DNA from: Spirochaetaceae bacterium
GTDB taxonomy: Bacteria > Spirochaetota > Spirochaetia > DSM-2461
Assembly (NCBI GenBank): GCA_965224705.1
Contig: OZ245056.1
Location: forward strand, 2,336,001 to 2,400,000
Direction of reading: 5' to 3'
DNA length: 64,000 bases
This document shows, in pieces, positions 42,601 to 51,155 of the stretch. The position numbers were made by a program, and so were the translations under genes. The notes beneath the pieces were generated by a model. That model was given only the letters and a program-made list of their open reading frames with translations. It had not been told where the DNA came from and searched no databases. Numbering within the stretch: position 1 is the stretch's first letter; each line of letters opens with the position of its first letter.

Positions 42601-45600
42601 AATGGATTTGATGAACCTGACAGGGAATCCAGTGTCAGTGGAGATCCTTCTGAAATAAAAGAATTAAGGAGGGTACGGAGTTTCTATGGCTACAAATTTG
42701 AGAAAACAAATCATGACTATTACATGGATATGATTGAGCAGGTTGATAGATCGTCGGAGTATATGAGCGAGGAAGAATTAAAGCAGCCCCTGTACCGATT
42801 GAGAGATGATGAAGAACGTCTATCCCGACTCAAACAGTTTTTCGGGATTGAACCTGCTGCTGATGGGATGCAGACGTATGAAGATCTTCTCCACCAACTT
42901 CTTGTTTTTATGAGCCGAAAAGATAGGAGCACCCTTGCCCAATGGCTTAACAGTGTTACCTATGAAACCGCACATTTCTGGAAGCATTTCCCCAGGAAAG
43001 GGAGTTCCGATTACGCCTATTCCATGGCCATGCGTTACAGTGTCTTTGGTAAGAGTCCTGAAGAGGTATACGGTGGGCGGATCAGGGAAGAATCTTCAGG
43101 AGCTTCTTATAATGTCTATATAAACTCATTCCAATCTGACTTTGAAGCCATTGAATCGAAAAGAGATACTCTCTATCAGTTCTTTAAATTCGCCGTGCTC
43201 AGTAACAAACTGAAGAGTTCATCGCCAATTATCAGCTTTCAGAGAATGAATGAGAGCCTGGGACAGATGCTGCTTTACGTGTATACAGAAAGGCGGGTTA
43301 GTAGTTGGTGGGATCGATTCTGGACTCCCCATGCCCACAGCGTAGCTCGAAAAAAGGCGGATGAGAACAGGGATTATTATACGGAACAGGCTCAAACTTT
43401 CCTCAACCTGTCCCGTGAATATGCAGATCTCACTCGAAAAGAGTCCTCGATAAAATCTCAATTGAATATTGTCAATGGAAAGGATGATCTGGGCATGCAG
43501 CAGCTCTTCACCGCACTGGGAGAAGCTGTATGGCATGCTTCTACTCGCCAGAAATTGGAGTTGGCGGACTGGTTACAAATAACAGAAGACCATGAATCCT
43601 TCCCTGATAAATGGACGGCCTCCCAATGGGCTGCAAACCTGGCCATCTGCTTTGCTCCCCTGACGAACACCCTGAACCCCACTGTTCTTGATGCAGCCGG
43701 AAGCTTTGGTCAGTTGATGGATTTACTGGTCGGGATTTCTACAATCCAGCGTGAATCCAGGGAAAATACCCGGAATACCTATCTCTACGGCCTGAATGGA
43801 ATTGCCGAAAACCATGAAAACAATGTTCTCGAGTTCAAAGAAGCCTGGAAGGATTTCCAGAAATCCGGCCTCCTGCCCCTTAAGAACTATAATCTGGATG
43901 ATGCGGAATCCAGATTGAACAGGTGGACTGTCAACGGGGAAAAATCAGATCTTGCGCCTCACATTCAGTACTACCTGAATCAGTATGTCCGGGATGCCGT
44001 CCCGGTTTCTCAAATCCAGATCGATCTTCAGACGGCAATGATGAAATACAGGGATCTCATCGGTGAGAATCCCCTGGAGGCCAATCAAGCCTTCATGGAA
44101 GCGGCCGAATACTTCTCGACGATACTGCAGAATTACCGTATCGGGGAAACCTTCATCGCATCGGCCCGTCAAGCCTGGAGTCAACCGGTGTTCAATAAGC
44201 GGGATATCCTGACAGATTCATGGAATGCGGACAAAACTCTTTATGAGGAACTTCTTTCCGGCAGTAATTCCCAGGGCATCCTGGCGAGCAGATATATTCT
44301 GCCCGGATTGAAGGAAATACTGGGTTCCGTGTTCAATGCCCGAATGGATGGCTGGCAGGAAGTTCGTCTGGCCCGGATGTCTGATATGGTGAAGGAAGGA
44401 CAGCTTCAACACGAGCAATGGAATAAGCAGATGCAGGCCATCCTTGCCCGGGGGAAGATGGAATGGCAGCTTGCCAGAATCCGGCTTGAGGCTGAAAGAG
44501 AAAACTGGAAGGAGGATTTTCAAAACAGTTTTCAGGAGAATCTGGAGGCCTGGAATCTTCAATACCAGCTTTTTCTGGAGAAAAAAACATCCTGGGTGTC
44601 TCAAACAACAAAGCAGGCGGTGAATATTGGCGACAGGGATATCCTTCTCCGATTCGGTGCCGCTGCCCGGGAATCTATTGCGGAAGCGGAAAAATTCGTC
44701 ATGCCTGACTTGCCGGATCCCCCCGATCTCAGTAATTTCATGGGCCGCATACTGGATACCACCCTCCTTGCCGGTCTGCTTGAAAATGCACATGGGTTAA
44801 ATGATGGCATTGATGCCATAGAGCCGGTTGTATTTACTTCTCTGACTGAAAACAGCTACCTCACCGGGGACATTCTGGACAAGATTCGTTTCTACCAGAC
44901 AGAAGAAAACGAAGAACTCAGTGCACGAATGGCATTAATTCAGTATGAACGCATGCTTGACACCCTTCATAAGGCTGTTAAGGGTCTCAGGGAGAGTGTT
45001 CACACAGCGAACGCCGATTTTGCTGACAGCATGAAGAACATGCTCATGGCTGGTGGTTTCAAGCGGGTGGGGAAAAATTTTATAAAGAACACAATGGTAA
45101 CTTCCACTCTGTGGGAAACCAAATACGCCGATCATTACATCGAAGGCAGCAGTGACTACGAACCCAATATAAGAAATCTCAGCAAAGAAATGGTTCCCGT
45201 CAGTGATTCCCTTATCGAAGAGTTTGGTTATGTCGGCATACAGGCTCTTCTTGACAGGGCTGTCCAGGGCCTTGAAGATGAGCAGAAACGCATTTTTGGC
45301 GGCGAGGCCGTTTACATAGCTCAAACAATGACTGAGTACTCAGAGAAATACGACGAGTATGATAACAGCAGTAAAAAATGGATAACACGTACCCGTACCT
45401 GGTATGAGGTTGATCCTGATGAAACCATCAGTGCAGAAGAATACAGAAAGCAGGTTCGAGCATGGGAGAATGCCGATTCCGATCAGCAGTCCCGATCCCG
45501 TTACATCAAGCAGAACGGAGGAGAATTCAACGCCCACATTGGCTATGCTCCTCAATTCAAGCCCCAGCCTGACACAAATTTACGCCTTTCTGACTGGAAG

Positions 45601-48060
45601 CAGAATGTCCGCTTCACGGGATCCGGGGAACAGGGCCGTATCATTGGCCTTTTCTCCCAGCATCAACTGATTGAAGCCGTCGCTATCGCTGAATTCAATA
45701 AACCTTTCTATGAGAAAAAACTCTGGGATGACCGTTTCATCGATTTCAAGTCCTTGAGTCTCCGATCAGTTGTTGATATCAGTACAGCCATTGCCGCTGC
45801 TGTAGTCAGTACCGTTGCGACAGTTGTTGTTCCTGCCGCTGGAATTCCGATGATGATGGCAACAGCCGCCCTGACGGCCGGTATTACACTGACCGATGAT
45901 CTGGTTTTTTCAATAGCTGATATGGCAACCGGTTACCGCACACCTGCACAGGCCATGGAAAGTCTGGTGAAAAAAAACTTATCCACCTTTGCCTCAAGTG
46001 CCATCGGTTCCATCGGGTCCGGAATCTTTGAAGGTGCCGGTGCCCTGGGAAAATCTCTCATCGTAGCCGCCCGGACCGGTACAAATCAGGTGGCAGTTTC
46101 CACGATTAACGCCATAGATTTCACGGCCGCTGATGGTGACTTCTTTGATGAAGATGCTTTTTTGGGAGGATTGAATCCAGGAAGTATCGTCATGGGTATG
46201 GCCGGGAGTTTTGTTCAATTCAGCCTGAATGAAGTCAATCTCGCAGGTTATCTTGGAATGGATTACAAACAGGGTCAGATTCTGCACCGAACCATTGGTA
46301 CAGGTGTCAATGCCTCACTGGAATACGGTTTTCAGGGAGAAACTTCTCTGAATCTTCTGAGCTTTTCGGACTTTTTCATGCCGTTCTCCGGGGATGGAAA
46401 GGCTGCTTCGAATTCCAGGATCTTCAACAGTTTTGCTCATGTTGATGTCGGGCTCTTACAGGTTAATCTGGGACAGGATGGTATAACCGCCAACATTGGA
46501 ATGGGTGGGCATCGGATGAATGCCGGTGCCATAGTCCATGCCATCAACGGACTTGACATTTATAGAGAGAATGCCCGTATTGCCCGTTCCAATATCGATG
46601 ATGATCTAACAGTCGCCATGCGGACCCTATACTCTGCCCGGGCTGAGAATGGAGGAACCCGGGTCATGAGAGATCTCTATGAGGACATTCTTGTCGGGAA
46701 AAGGGCCAGGCTGCGGACAGCAAACCGTCAGACATATGATGGAAAAACCGAACTACTCGGTGGGATACGTGTCATTAATTTGAACAAAGAGGGAAAGAGC
46801 GATTTTGATCTGGCTGTACTTCTTGCTCACGAGGCCTGGCGGGATGGAATTGATTCGGGAGAACTGGCCAATAAGATCGAAACCTCGAATGCGGCCTTTG
46901 GGCACATGAGTGTTGCGGCACAGATTGCTTCCACCTATGGATACGACTCTCTGAATGAACATAATGCTGATGAAGCCCGTGCCTTCAATGAAGCCGGTAT
47001 CAGTGGTGACTGGAATGAAGTTGGTGGAATGGTTGAACGATATGATTGGAGTGGAGAGTATTGGAAGTTAATCAGGAAAGAAGATGCATCGTATAAAATT
47101 GTATGGGATGGGGAAAAGAATCTGTATGATGAGAATGGAAATCTTCTTTCCATTGATACAACGGATTCCTATGCCCTGAGTCTTTCAAAATACCTGGGGT
47201 TAGCCAGAACAAATGACTGGCGCAGGGCGGCAGTTCTATTGACGGATAAGGGTGTCAATATAAACAAAGAACGAAATGGATACGTACAGAGCCGTGAGCA
47301 TCGGCAGGAAAATGGTCGGTTGGGTCTGGATGAAATACTCTCTTTCAATGTGGGAAGCAAGAGGCAGGGAGAAATCGATTCCTACCTGTCATCCCGTAAG
47401 CAATACATAAATAAATACAATATGTGGGATATGGTCAATCTTGATGGCAGGTTGTCGAAAATTGGAGGAAAACATGTCCGGAACAGAGCTGAAAGAGCTC
47501 GGATTGACTTCTATCAGGATGTCGCTTCGAATCCTGAGAATCTATGGAAAATGAGAGGAAATTCCCTGACCAATCCTGTGCAGACAGTTGAAGATGGTCA
47601 GGAGACCTATATTACTGTTGCAGACAGGTATAATTATACGGATGAAGCCGGTGTTCATTACAACGGAATCCATAGGGTTTTATTCAGCGAAAACAAAGCT
47701 GTGGATATTGGGAGTCAGGGAATATCCAGCCCGGTATTCACAATCGGCCCTACCACCTTCATGCGTCCGCGATGGCAAAACGTTGACAAAAAAGACTCCG
47801 GATATGGATATTTTGCATCAGGTTTGAGTCGTAACTTCGGATTTATATCAGGTCACTTGAATGATAATAACAGTATTCAGAAGGATTTAGATCATTTATT
47901 TGATAATGCGGACCAGGCGGGATTTAATGTTGTTCAACTACCTGATTACACTTCCTATGGGATGACCGGAACTACCGGGAACTCCACAGCCATACATCTT
48001 CATTATGAGGTAGGCCATTATGACACTATGTATGAGCGTTTGCGGAAGTGGCTGCCTTAG
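36670..48060 (+). CDS. Giant (3796 aa) putatively secreted protein: coiled-coil body, hydrophobic segment, HEAWRDG motif, C-terminal M23-peptidase-like domain
   Basis: 11.4-kb uninterrupted ORF; signal-peptide-like N-terminus; C-terminal AVDIG...SGHL...GTTGNSTAIHLHYEV. Confidence 0.85.
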   Translation: MKNRFFHWLPTSGVWSYRFASLLFTCVIISWSVFPQTIPLLPSTNHALLEVYIDQAASTRTRNDWLRIARGGFESVLAEWEAAAALVITDSRVLQSGRKKVLKDLEQSLSTGLSEWAVTQFRNQHDPRGFSDFWVQMREAALTATFESRSGEFIKDEKGRLVVIKADRETLAEDSAAFKNFWDELIDQKVDDWYSGAQTAFSELLLDFGSEEAAILETYRQSTLSSLKQSYSRELSKMTRLTESAMIHYRLKNIVDSDSDAGGQDVIPSETRAMLNQVQNDAEAGLTRLKDGLNVNQDAPEVKKADIDAARWRASFREELEKGILLWREAEERLLMNRIEWEKKAGYDLVLTRKRWDKAFRELAEANEKWLDDYQRIWNEGQDRWEIQSRQMQNTLENARSEMASNINGRHDSMVQRVSTLVDILGQSLIMMSTARENFAYWMNKAAPYSQQTLEQVSWDIEDLRARYNRAVNLKKYSHGLRWSFLFFNDKAGEQARYWLEDIYNVYLERAQDVRADLYQTYNLSVFGESGLDEMGLKDLTSELKNGQWEQIFLDDYQVELLKARAAASYWEKELEIAAAVTRYAEKPSSILGSEEEKNEVDRAWTESFDAYQKALETYQAGIKKLEMANLDLKENSRKLTEVQKILTGYREELAEARAVYQNEILLKELDSSRYFKEQIRDSYVRLLELYGLTDDEKKSTESFYMDYLNKNRAYEGEFSLSQTSLLVTELIEGDPGRIPPILSLQDLGVRYENARDWNTANLFSASRLNPDFMEKFQKAWNLSIDEEVYLKATKLVKGLSAQYDADGTLDTEAMVIFQADIAAITAGLLRNYRTELESVVNQIVLLTSEHIFEDTGWAGSSVDLSRAESEEDVKSALKDEAQRAKFTLIADRITFDKEVLFKLKQNLDNWMAGGLKETDFRPIQPNDINDQQSVLAWIYYSSLHENASFSVRLKKDLEFLAELEEVAGEEETIKNFSSLAEAFRQLIPANPLASIYINGRSLLMRNDEDYGAIFLADQFSTHDQSVQGISHWNIFGPYSVSGRQMAEKSTIAEIYRIISRHGLADSSDGAWQFLNPETVWENAHFQSREEVSHMLVHLSRDLEDMPTARPVTEHVMEALERWQKSLEDYFLVKSHSFSDDLDEEEIQTRLEELEAAREVVKMNTQRHSRIESTSEPLMMLALSILIHPNESSASETFIRISASELAGMLTDLNSDLDAESTWLPLLTDLKETLGIQPDDEVAGVLDDHFLPARILAAQYVREASGIARGEAAYADQILYSRLTGLSLESYASMIGQFESENSPGELLNDSYASRGNLDELQNNTAWEDILAPALSDLPGSKLYQATLAEILITLTDEPTARWYLAQEGIDINFDSTGYSRHYALDERAALFFLKREALWGTLTDEKKEEFSLSDESARELEKFSLIAEALHRYIPAVDGNLIEYLGGINGISESEAGIILSDRWNDLYFQKSIQERTLSDADQFLWVNSSLDSLNQYHKAAAFSQVSHLAEKTRNTLAAESKSLDREDSRLKYAVRRNELREKSPGIWRLYLDAKYMQLRENEEWSGSIGETEEFRTGETEFIDRVPLYQGESLPLDSRRTIYQAKDRTQAALLETFNQLALTTDKLNDVLKTRDEESISDSSMERFKLWAEELSSRIGTHFEPEKDPVPTDVFQVNQSLKIEVESSRSEWHRRESEISSLQSKIRSFGQSISNWIENIDQQSRPFITGSQQVIKDLNVKIDAVEERWKNLIGPKDDPQADTYRGAEYRYSRSYNEVQSSLKSLDAAKQNFKKSKAIRDYSSSYHLYLGRDIASEERPADRGESLQMDELQQIIDAARPEKYLGQVSTQYHRSRIVVETLENIQQKTADSLSERDSLYRKQSEEVNSARRLEVALKSLSNVLTDYTEKTLGEYERIYQKREAVLRKFTLDLGDEDDFIYNFRTDPGGSKLMEEQVLLNGMDVHWDRDGRAHITFDLNGFDEPDRESSVSGDPSEIKELRRVRSFYGYKFEKTNHDYYMDMIEQVDRSSEYMSEEELKQPLYRLRDDEERLSRLKQFFGIEPAADGMQTYEDLLHQLLVFMSRKDRSTLAQWLNSVTYETAHFWKHFPRKGSSDYAYSMAMRYSVFGKSPEEVYGGRIREESSGASYNVYINSFQSDFEAIESKRDTLYQFFKFAVLSNKLKSSSPIISFQRMNESLGQMLLYVYTERRVSSWWDRFWTPHAHSVARKKADENRDYYTEQAQTFLNLSREYADLTRKESSIKSQLNIVNGKDDLGMQQLFTALGEAVWHASTRQKLELADWLQITEDHESFPDKWTASQWAANLAICFAPLTNTLNPTVLDAAGSFGQLMDLLVGISTIQRESRENTRNTYLYGLNGIAENHENNVLEFKEAWKDFQKSGLLPLKNYNLDDAESRLNRWTVNGEKSDLAPHIQYYLNQYVRDAVPVSQIQIDLQTAMMKYRDLIGENPLEANQAFMEAAEYFSTILQNYRIGETFIASARQAWSQPVFNKRDILTDSWNADKTLYEELLSGSNSQGILASRYILPGLKEILGSVFNARMDGWQEVRLARMSDMVKEGQLQHEQWNKQMQAILARGKMEWQLARIRLEAERENWKEDFQNSFQENLEAWNLQYQLFLEKKTSWVSQTTKQAVNIGDRDILLRFGAAARESIAEAEKFVMPDLPDPPDLSNFMGRILDTTLLAGLLENAHGLNDGIDAIEPVVFTSLTENSYLTGDILDKIRFYQTEENEELSARMALIQYERMLDTLHKAVKGLRESVHTANADFADSMKNMLMAGGFKRVGKNFIKNTMVTSTLWETKYADHYIEGSSDYEPNIRNLSKEMVPVSDSLIEEFGYVGIQALLDRAVQGLEDEQKRIFGGEAVYIAQTMTEYSEKYDEYDNSSKKWITRTRTWYEVDPDETISAEEYRKQVRAWENADSDQQSRSRYIKQNGGEFNAHIGYAPQFKPQPDTNLRLSDWKQNVRFTGSGEQGRIIGLFSQHQLIEAVAIAEFNKPFYEKKLWDDRFIDFKSLSLRSVVDISTAIAAAVVSTVATVVVPAAGIPMMMATAALTAGITLTDDLVFSIADMATGYRTPAQAMESLVKKNLSTFASSAIGSIGSGIFEGAGALGKSLIVAARTGTNQVAVSTINAIDFTAADGDFFDEDAFLGGLNPGSIVMGMAGSFVQFSLNEVNLAGYLGMDYKQGQILHRTIGTGVNASLEYGFQGETSLNLLSFSDFFMPFSGDGKAASNSRIFNSFAHVDVGLLQVNLGQDGITANIGMGGHRMNAGAIVHAINGLDIYRENARIARSNIDDDLTVAMRTLYSARAENGGTRVMRDLYEDILVGKRARLRTANRQTYDGKTELLGGIRVINLNKEGKSDFDLAVLLAHEAWRDGIDSGELANKIETSNAAFGHMSVAAQIASTYGYDSLNEHNADEARAFNEAGISGDWNEVGGMVERYDWSGEYWKLIRKEDASYKIVWDGEKNLYDENGNLLSIDTTDSYALSLSKYLGLARTNDWRRAAVLLTDKGVNINKERNGYVQSREHRQENGRLGLDEILSFNVGSKRQGEIDSYLSSRKQYINKYNMWDMVNLDGRLSKIGGKHVRNRAERARIDFYQDVASNPENLWKMRGNSLTNPVQTVEDGQETYITVADRYNYTDEAGVHYNGIHRVLFSENKAVDIGSQGISSPVFTIGPTTFMRPRWQNVDKKDSGYGYFASGLSRNFGFISGHLNDNNSIQKDLDHLFDNADQAGFNVVQLPDYTSYGMTGTTGNSTAIHLHYEVGHYDTMYERLRKWLP

Positions 48061-48318
48061 AGCCTGTCGGACTTACGTCTCACGGCTCAATTTTTGCCCT
48101 TCTCTCCAGAAGCAAGCCTCCTGCTTGCTTCTGGAGAGCCGCCTTCGTTTTCTCGCTATCGCTCGGCACTCTCTCAGGATGCGAGTCCATAGACTCGCAT
48201 ACCCTGCTGCTGCGTTGCCAAAATACTCACGCAGCCCAGCTACGCTTAAGTTTTTGTCGCCTTGCATCAGGAAGAAATCATCAAAAATCGCCTCAAAGCC
48301 TTAAAGTCCGACAGACTC
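48060..48318. mobile_element. MITE family C, 259-bp copy (inverted relative to the 35542 copy)
   Basis: Ends GAGCCTGTCGGACTT...AAGTCCGACAGACTC; interior matches the reverse complement of 35542-35703 plus about 97 extra bp; flanks CTTA/CTCA. Confidence 0.88.
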
Positions 48319-48410
48319 CTCAGGAGATGCGGGTCGAATCTGCTGTTCGAGTTATGGGCAATTCGGGGGGTTCCCCCCAGGGCCTGGGATTGGTACACTA
48401 ATCATCCTAG

Positions 48411-48463
48411 GAGCCTGTCGAACTTCCGCCTTGCGGCGCAAAGTCTTAAAGTCCGACAGACTC
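48411..48463. mobile_element. MITE family C, 53-bp mini copy
   Basis: GAGCCTGTCGAACTT...AAGTCCGACAGACTC; flanks CTAG/CTGG. Confidence 0.8.
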
Positions 48464-48477
48464 CTGGAAGTGATATT

Positions 48478-49359
48478 ATGGATCAAATTACACAACTTGA
48501 AAGTCTTGGTATTCATATACTTCGGGAAGCATATGCTAATTTCACCAATCTCTGTATGCTGTGGTCAATTGGAAAAGACTCGACAGTACTCCTGTGGTTA
48601 GCCCGCAAGGCCTTCCATGGTCATGTTCCTTTTCCCCTGGTTCACATTGATACGCATTACAAGATTCCTGAGATGATTGAATACAGGGACAGGCTTACCC
48701 GTGAGTGGCATCTGCCAATGGTTTACGGCGAGAACAGGGCCGCTCTTGAAGCCCGGCAAACCTTTCCCGATGGCAATGTCGACCGTATCACCTGCTGTCG
48801 TCTGCTCAAGTCAGAAGCTCTCAGGAATACTCTGAACGGCACATGGCCGCGGTATCGATACAATCATCAGGATGGTGAGTACCAGGTGGACAGGGATACG
48901 GAGGCCTACACCGGAGTCATTGTGGGGGTAAGATCGGATGAGGAGGGATCCCGGTCCAAAGAAAGATACTTCTCTCCCCGGGATACGGAGAATATCTGGG
49001 AGGTGGAAGATCAACCTCCAGAGTTCTGGAACCAGTTCAAAACAGATTTTGCTCCGAATACTCATATCCGTATTCATCCCCTGCTGGATTGGACTGAAAC
49101 GAATATCTGGGAATACATAGAACGTGAATCCATTGCAACTGTTTCCCTCTACTACGATCAGGGAGATGGCCGACGGTACAGATCCCTGGGGTGTGGACCC
49201 TGTACCCATGCGGTGAAATCCGGCGCAAAAAACGTTCAGGACATCATCACTGAATTGAAGTCAGGTCAATTCTCAAATATTGCCGAGCGTTCAGGACGGG
49301 CCCAGGACAAAGAAGATGGCGGGGGACTGGAAACACTTCGCCGTGAAGGTTACATGTAG
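48478..49359 (+). CDS. cysD: Sulfate adenylyltransferase subunit 2
   Basis: [68 protein letters not shown]...LRREGYM; start moved to ATG 48478 because the upstream in-frame sequence is MITE. Confidence 0.95.
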   Translation: MDQITQLESLGIHILREAYANFTNLCMLWSIGKDSTVLLWLARKAFHGHVPFPLVHIDTHYKIPEMIEYRDRLTREWHLPMVYGENRAALEARQTFPDGNVDRITCCRLLKSEALRNTLNGTWPRYRYNHQDGEYQVDRDTEAYTGVIVGVRSDEEGSRSKERYFSPRDTENIWEVEDQPPEFWNQFKTDFAPNTHIRIHPLLDWTETNIWEYIERESIATVSLYYDQGDGRRYRSLGCGPCTHAVKSGAKNVQDIITELKSGQFSNIAERSGRAQDKEDGGGLETLRREGYM

Positions 49360-51155
49360 TGACCGAACAGATGAATGTGGTTATCACTGGCCATGTTGAC
49401 CACGGAAAGAGTACTGTAATCGGTCGTTTGATGGCGGATACAGGCAGTTTACCGGATGGAAAACTCGAGCAGGTACAGGCTTCATGCCGCCGGAACTCAA
49501 AACCCTTTGAATATGCGTTCCTCCTGGATGCCCTCAAAGATGAACAGAGCCAGGGCATAACCATTGATTCGGCCCGGGTCTTCTTCAACACCAAGAAGCG
49601 TCACTACATCATAATTGACGCCCCCGGTCATATTGAATTCCTCAAAAACATGGTGACAGGAGCATCCAGGGCGGAAGCTGCCTTTCTCTGCATTGATGCT
49701 CATGAAGGAGTGCAGGAAAACTCCAAACGGCATGGGTACCTCCTATCCATGCTTGGAATCAAGCAGATATGTGTTCTGGTGAACAAGATGGATCTTGTAA
49801 ACTACGATTCCAGAACCTTCAAATCCGTTGTTCGGAAGTTTTCCCGGTTCCTACGGAATATCAATATGAGAAATGTTCCGTTTATACCGGTTTCCGGCAT
49901 GAACGGAGATAATATTACAACCATCAGCCAGGCAATGCCATGGTGGGATGGCCATACAGTTCTTTCCCTCATTGATTCATTTCAGAAGGAAGAGATTCCA
50001 TTGAACATGCCCTTCCGCATGCCGGTTCAGGGAGTGTATAAGTTTACGGCACTGGAAGATAACCGTCGCATTGTTGCCGGAACAGTTTCTTCGGGAACTC
50101 TTAAAAAAGGTGATGAGATTGTCTTTTATCCATCGGGGAAGAGAAGTCATATAGCCAGTATAGAGGATTTTCCGGACAAAAAGATTGAAGCAGTTGGAGC
50201 AGGTGAGGCAACGGGTTTCACCCTGACCGAACAGATTTACATCAAGCGCGGAGATCTTGCCGCAAAGTCAGATGAAAAACCTCCACTGTCCGGGAACTTG
50301 ATCAGGGTTAATCTTTTCTGGCTTGGTAAAAAACCTCTGGTCCGGGACAGGGAGTACTTCCTGAAAATAGGTACTGAGCGGGTCCGAATGCAGCTGGTGG
50401 ATACTATGAAAGTGATTGATGCTTCCAATCTTAATACTGATGGAATGAAGAAGATGGTTGAGCGTCATGATGTGGCGGACTGTGTTCTCACGACCCAACG
50501 TCCCATTGCTTTCGATCTGGTTGAAGATTTTCCCCAGACCAGTCGCTTTGTTATTGTCGATGGGTATGAAATTGCCGGAGGCGGCATTATTAATCAGTCT
50601 CTCCGGGGAAGAATTGCCCAGTACAGAGACCAGGTTATGAACCGGAACCTTAAATGGGATGTGGGTAATATTACCAGAGTGAGCCGAAGCGAGAAGTATG
50701 GACATCAATCAGCCCTGATTCTTGTTGGAGGACCTGAGGACAGACGCAAAGCAAATTTTGCACGAACTGTTGAAGAAAGGCTTTTCAACCTTGAAACCAA
50801 GGTGTACTACCTGGGAGTTCAGAATGTTCTGGCTGGCCTGGAATCTGATCTGGTTGTAAAAAGAGATGCCATTTACCCGAAGGACAGGGATGAAATGATA
50901 CGCCGCCTTGCTGAGTTGAGCAATATCCTTGTGGATGCCGGTATTGTTCTTGTGGCAACAGTATCTGAATTGAGTCAGGAAGAACAGGAGATTTTTACAA
51001 CTTCTGTTTCTCCAGTATCCGTTTTTACTATCTGGGTTGGCTCAGCAGAAGGTTCCGCTGTGAATGCGGACTACATAATTGAGAAGACGGAGACAGCTCC
51101 CGATCATCTGGATCCTGTGATGAAACTGCTTAAAGAGAAAGGAATTGGAATATGA
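49359..51155 (+). CDS. cysN: Sulfate adenylyltransferase subunit 1 with degenerate C-terminal APS-kinase-like domain
   Basis: [32 protein letters not shown]-terminal domain CysC-like (YYL...GLESDL...RRLAELS.ILVDAG) but without a P-loop. Confidence 0.92.
   Translation: MTEQMNVVITGHVDHGKSTVIGRLMADTGSLPDGKLEQVQASCRRNSKPFEYAFLLDALKDEQSQGITIDSARVFFNTKKRHYIIIDAPGHIEFLKNMVTGASRAEAAFLCIDAHEGVQENSKRHGYLLSMLGIKQICVLVNKMDLVNYDSRTFKSVVRKFSRFLRNINMRNVPFIPVSGMNGDNITTISQAMPWWDGHTVLSLIDSFQKEEIPLNMPFRMPVQGVYKFTALEDNRRIVAGTVSSGTLKKGDEIVFYPSGKRSHIASIEDFPDKKIEAVGAGEATGFTLTEQIYIKRGDLAAKSDEKPPLSGNLIRVNLFWLGKKPLVRDREYFLKIGTERVRMQLVDTMKVIDASNLNTDGMKKMVERHDVADCVLTTQRPIAFDLVEDFPQTSRFVIVDGYEIAGGGIINQSLRGRIAQYRDQVMNRNLKWDVGNITRVSRSEKYGHQSALILVGGPEDRRKANFARTVEERLFNLETKVYYLGVQNVLAGLESDLVVKRDAIYPKDRDEMIRRLAELSNILVDAGIVLVATVSELSQEEQEIFTTSVSPVSVFTIWVGSAEGSAVNADYIIEKTETAPDHLDPVMKLLKEKGIGI

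Noticed and set aside
48262..48477. 72-aa N-terminal extension of CysD
   Set aside because: It is translated MITE C and intergenic sequence; CysD similarity starts at ATG 48478.
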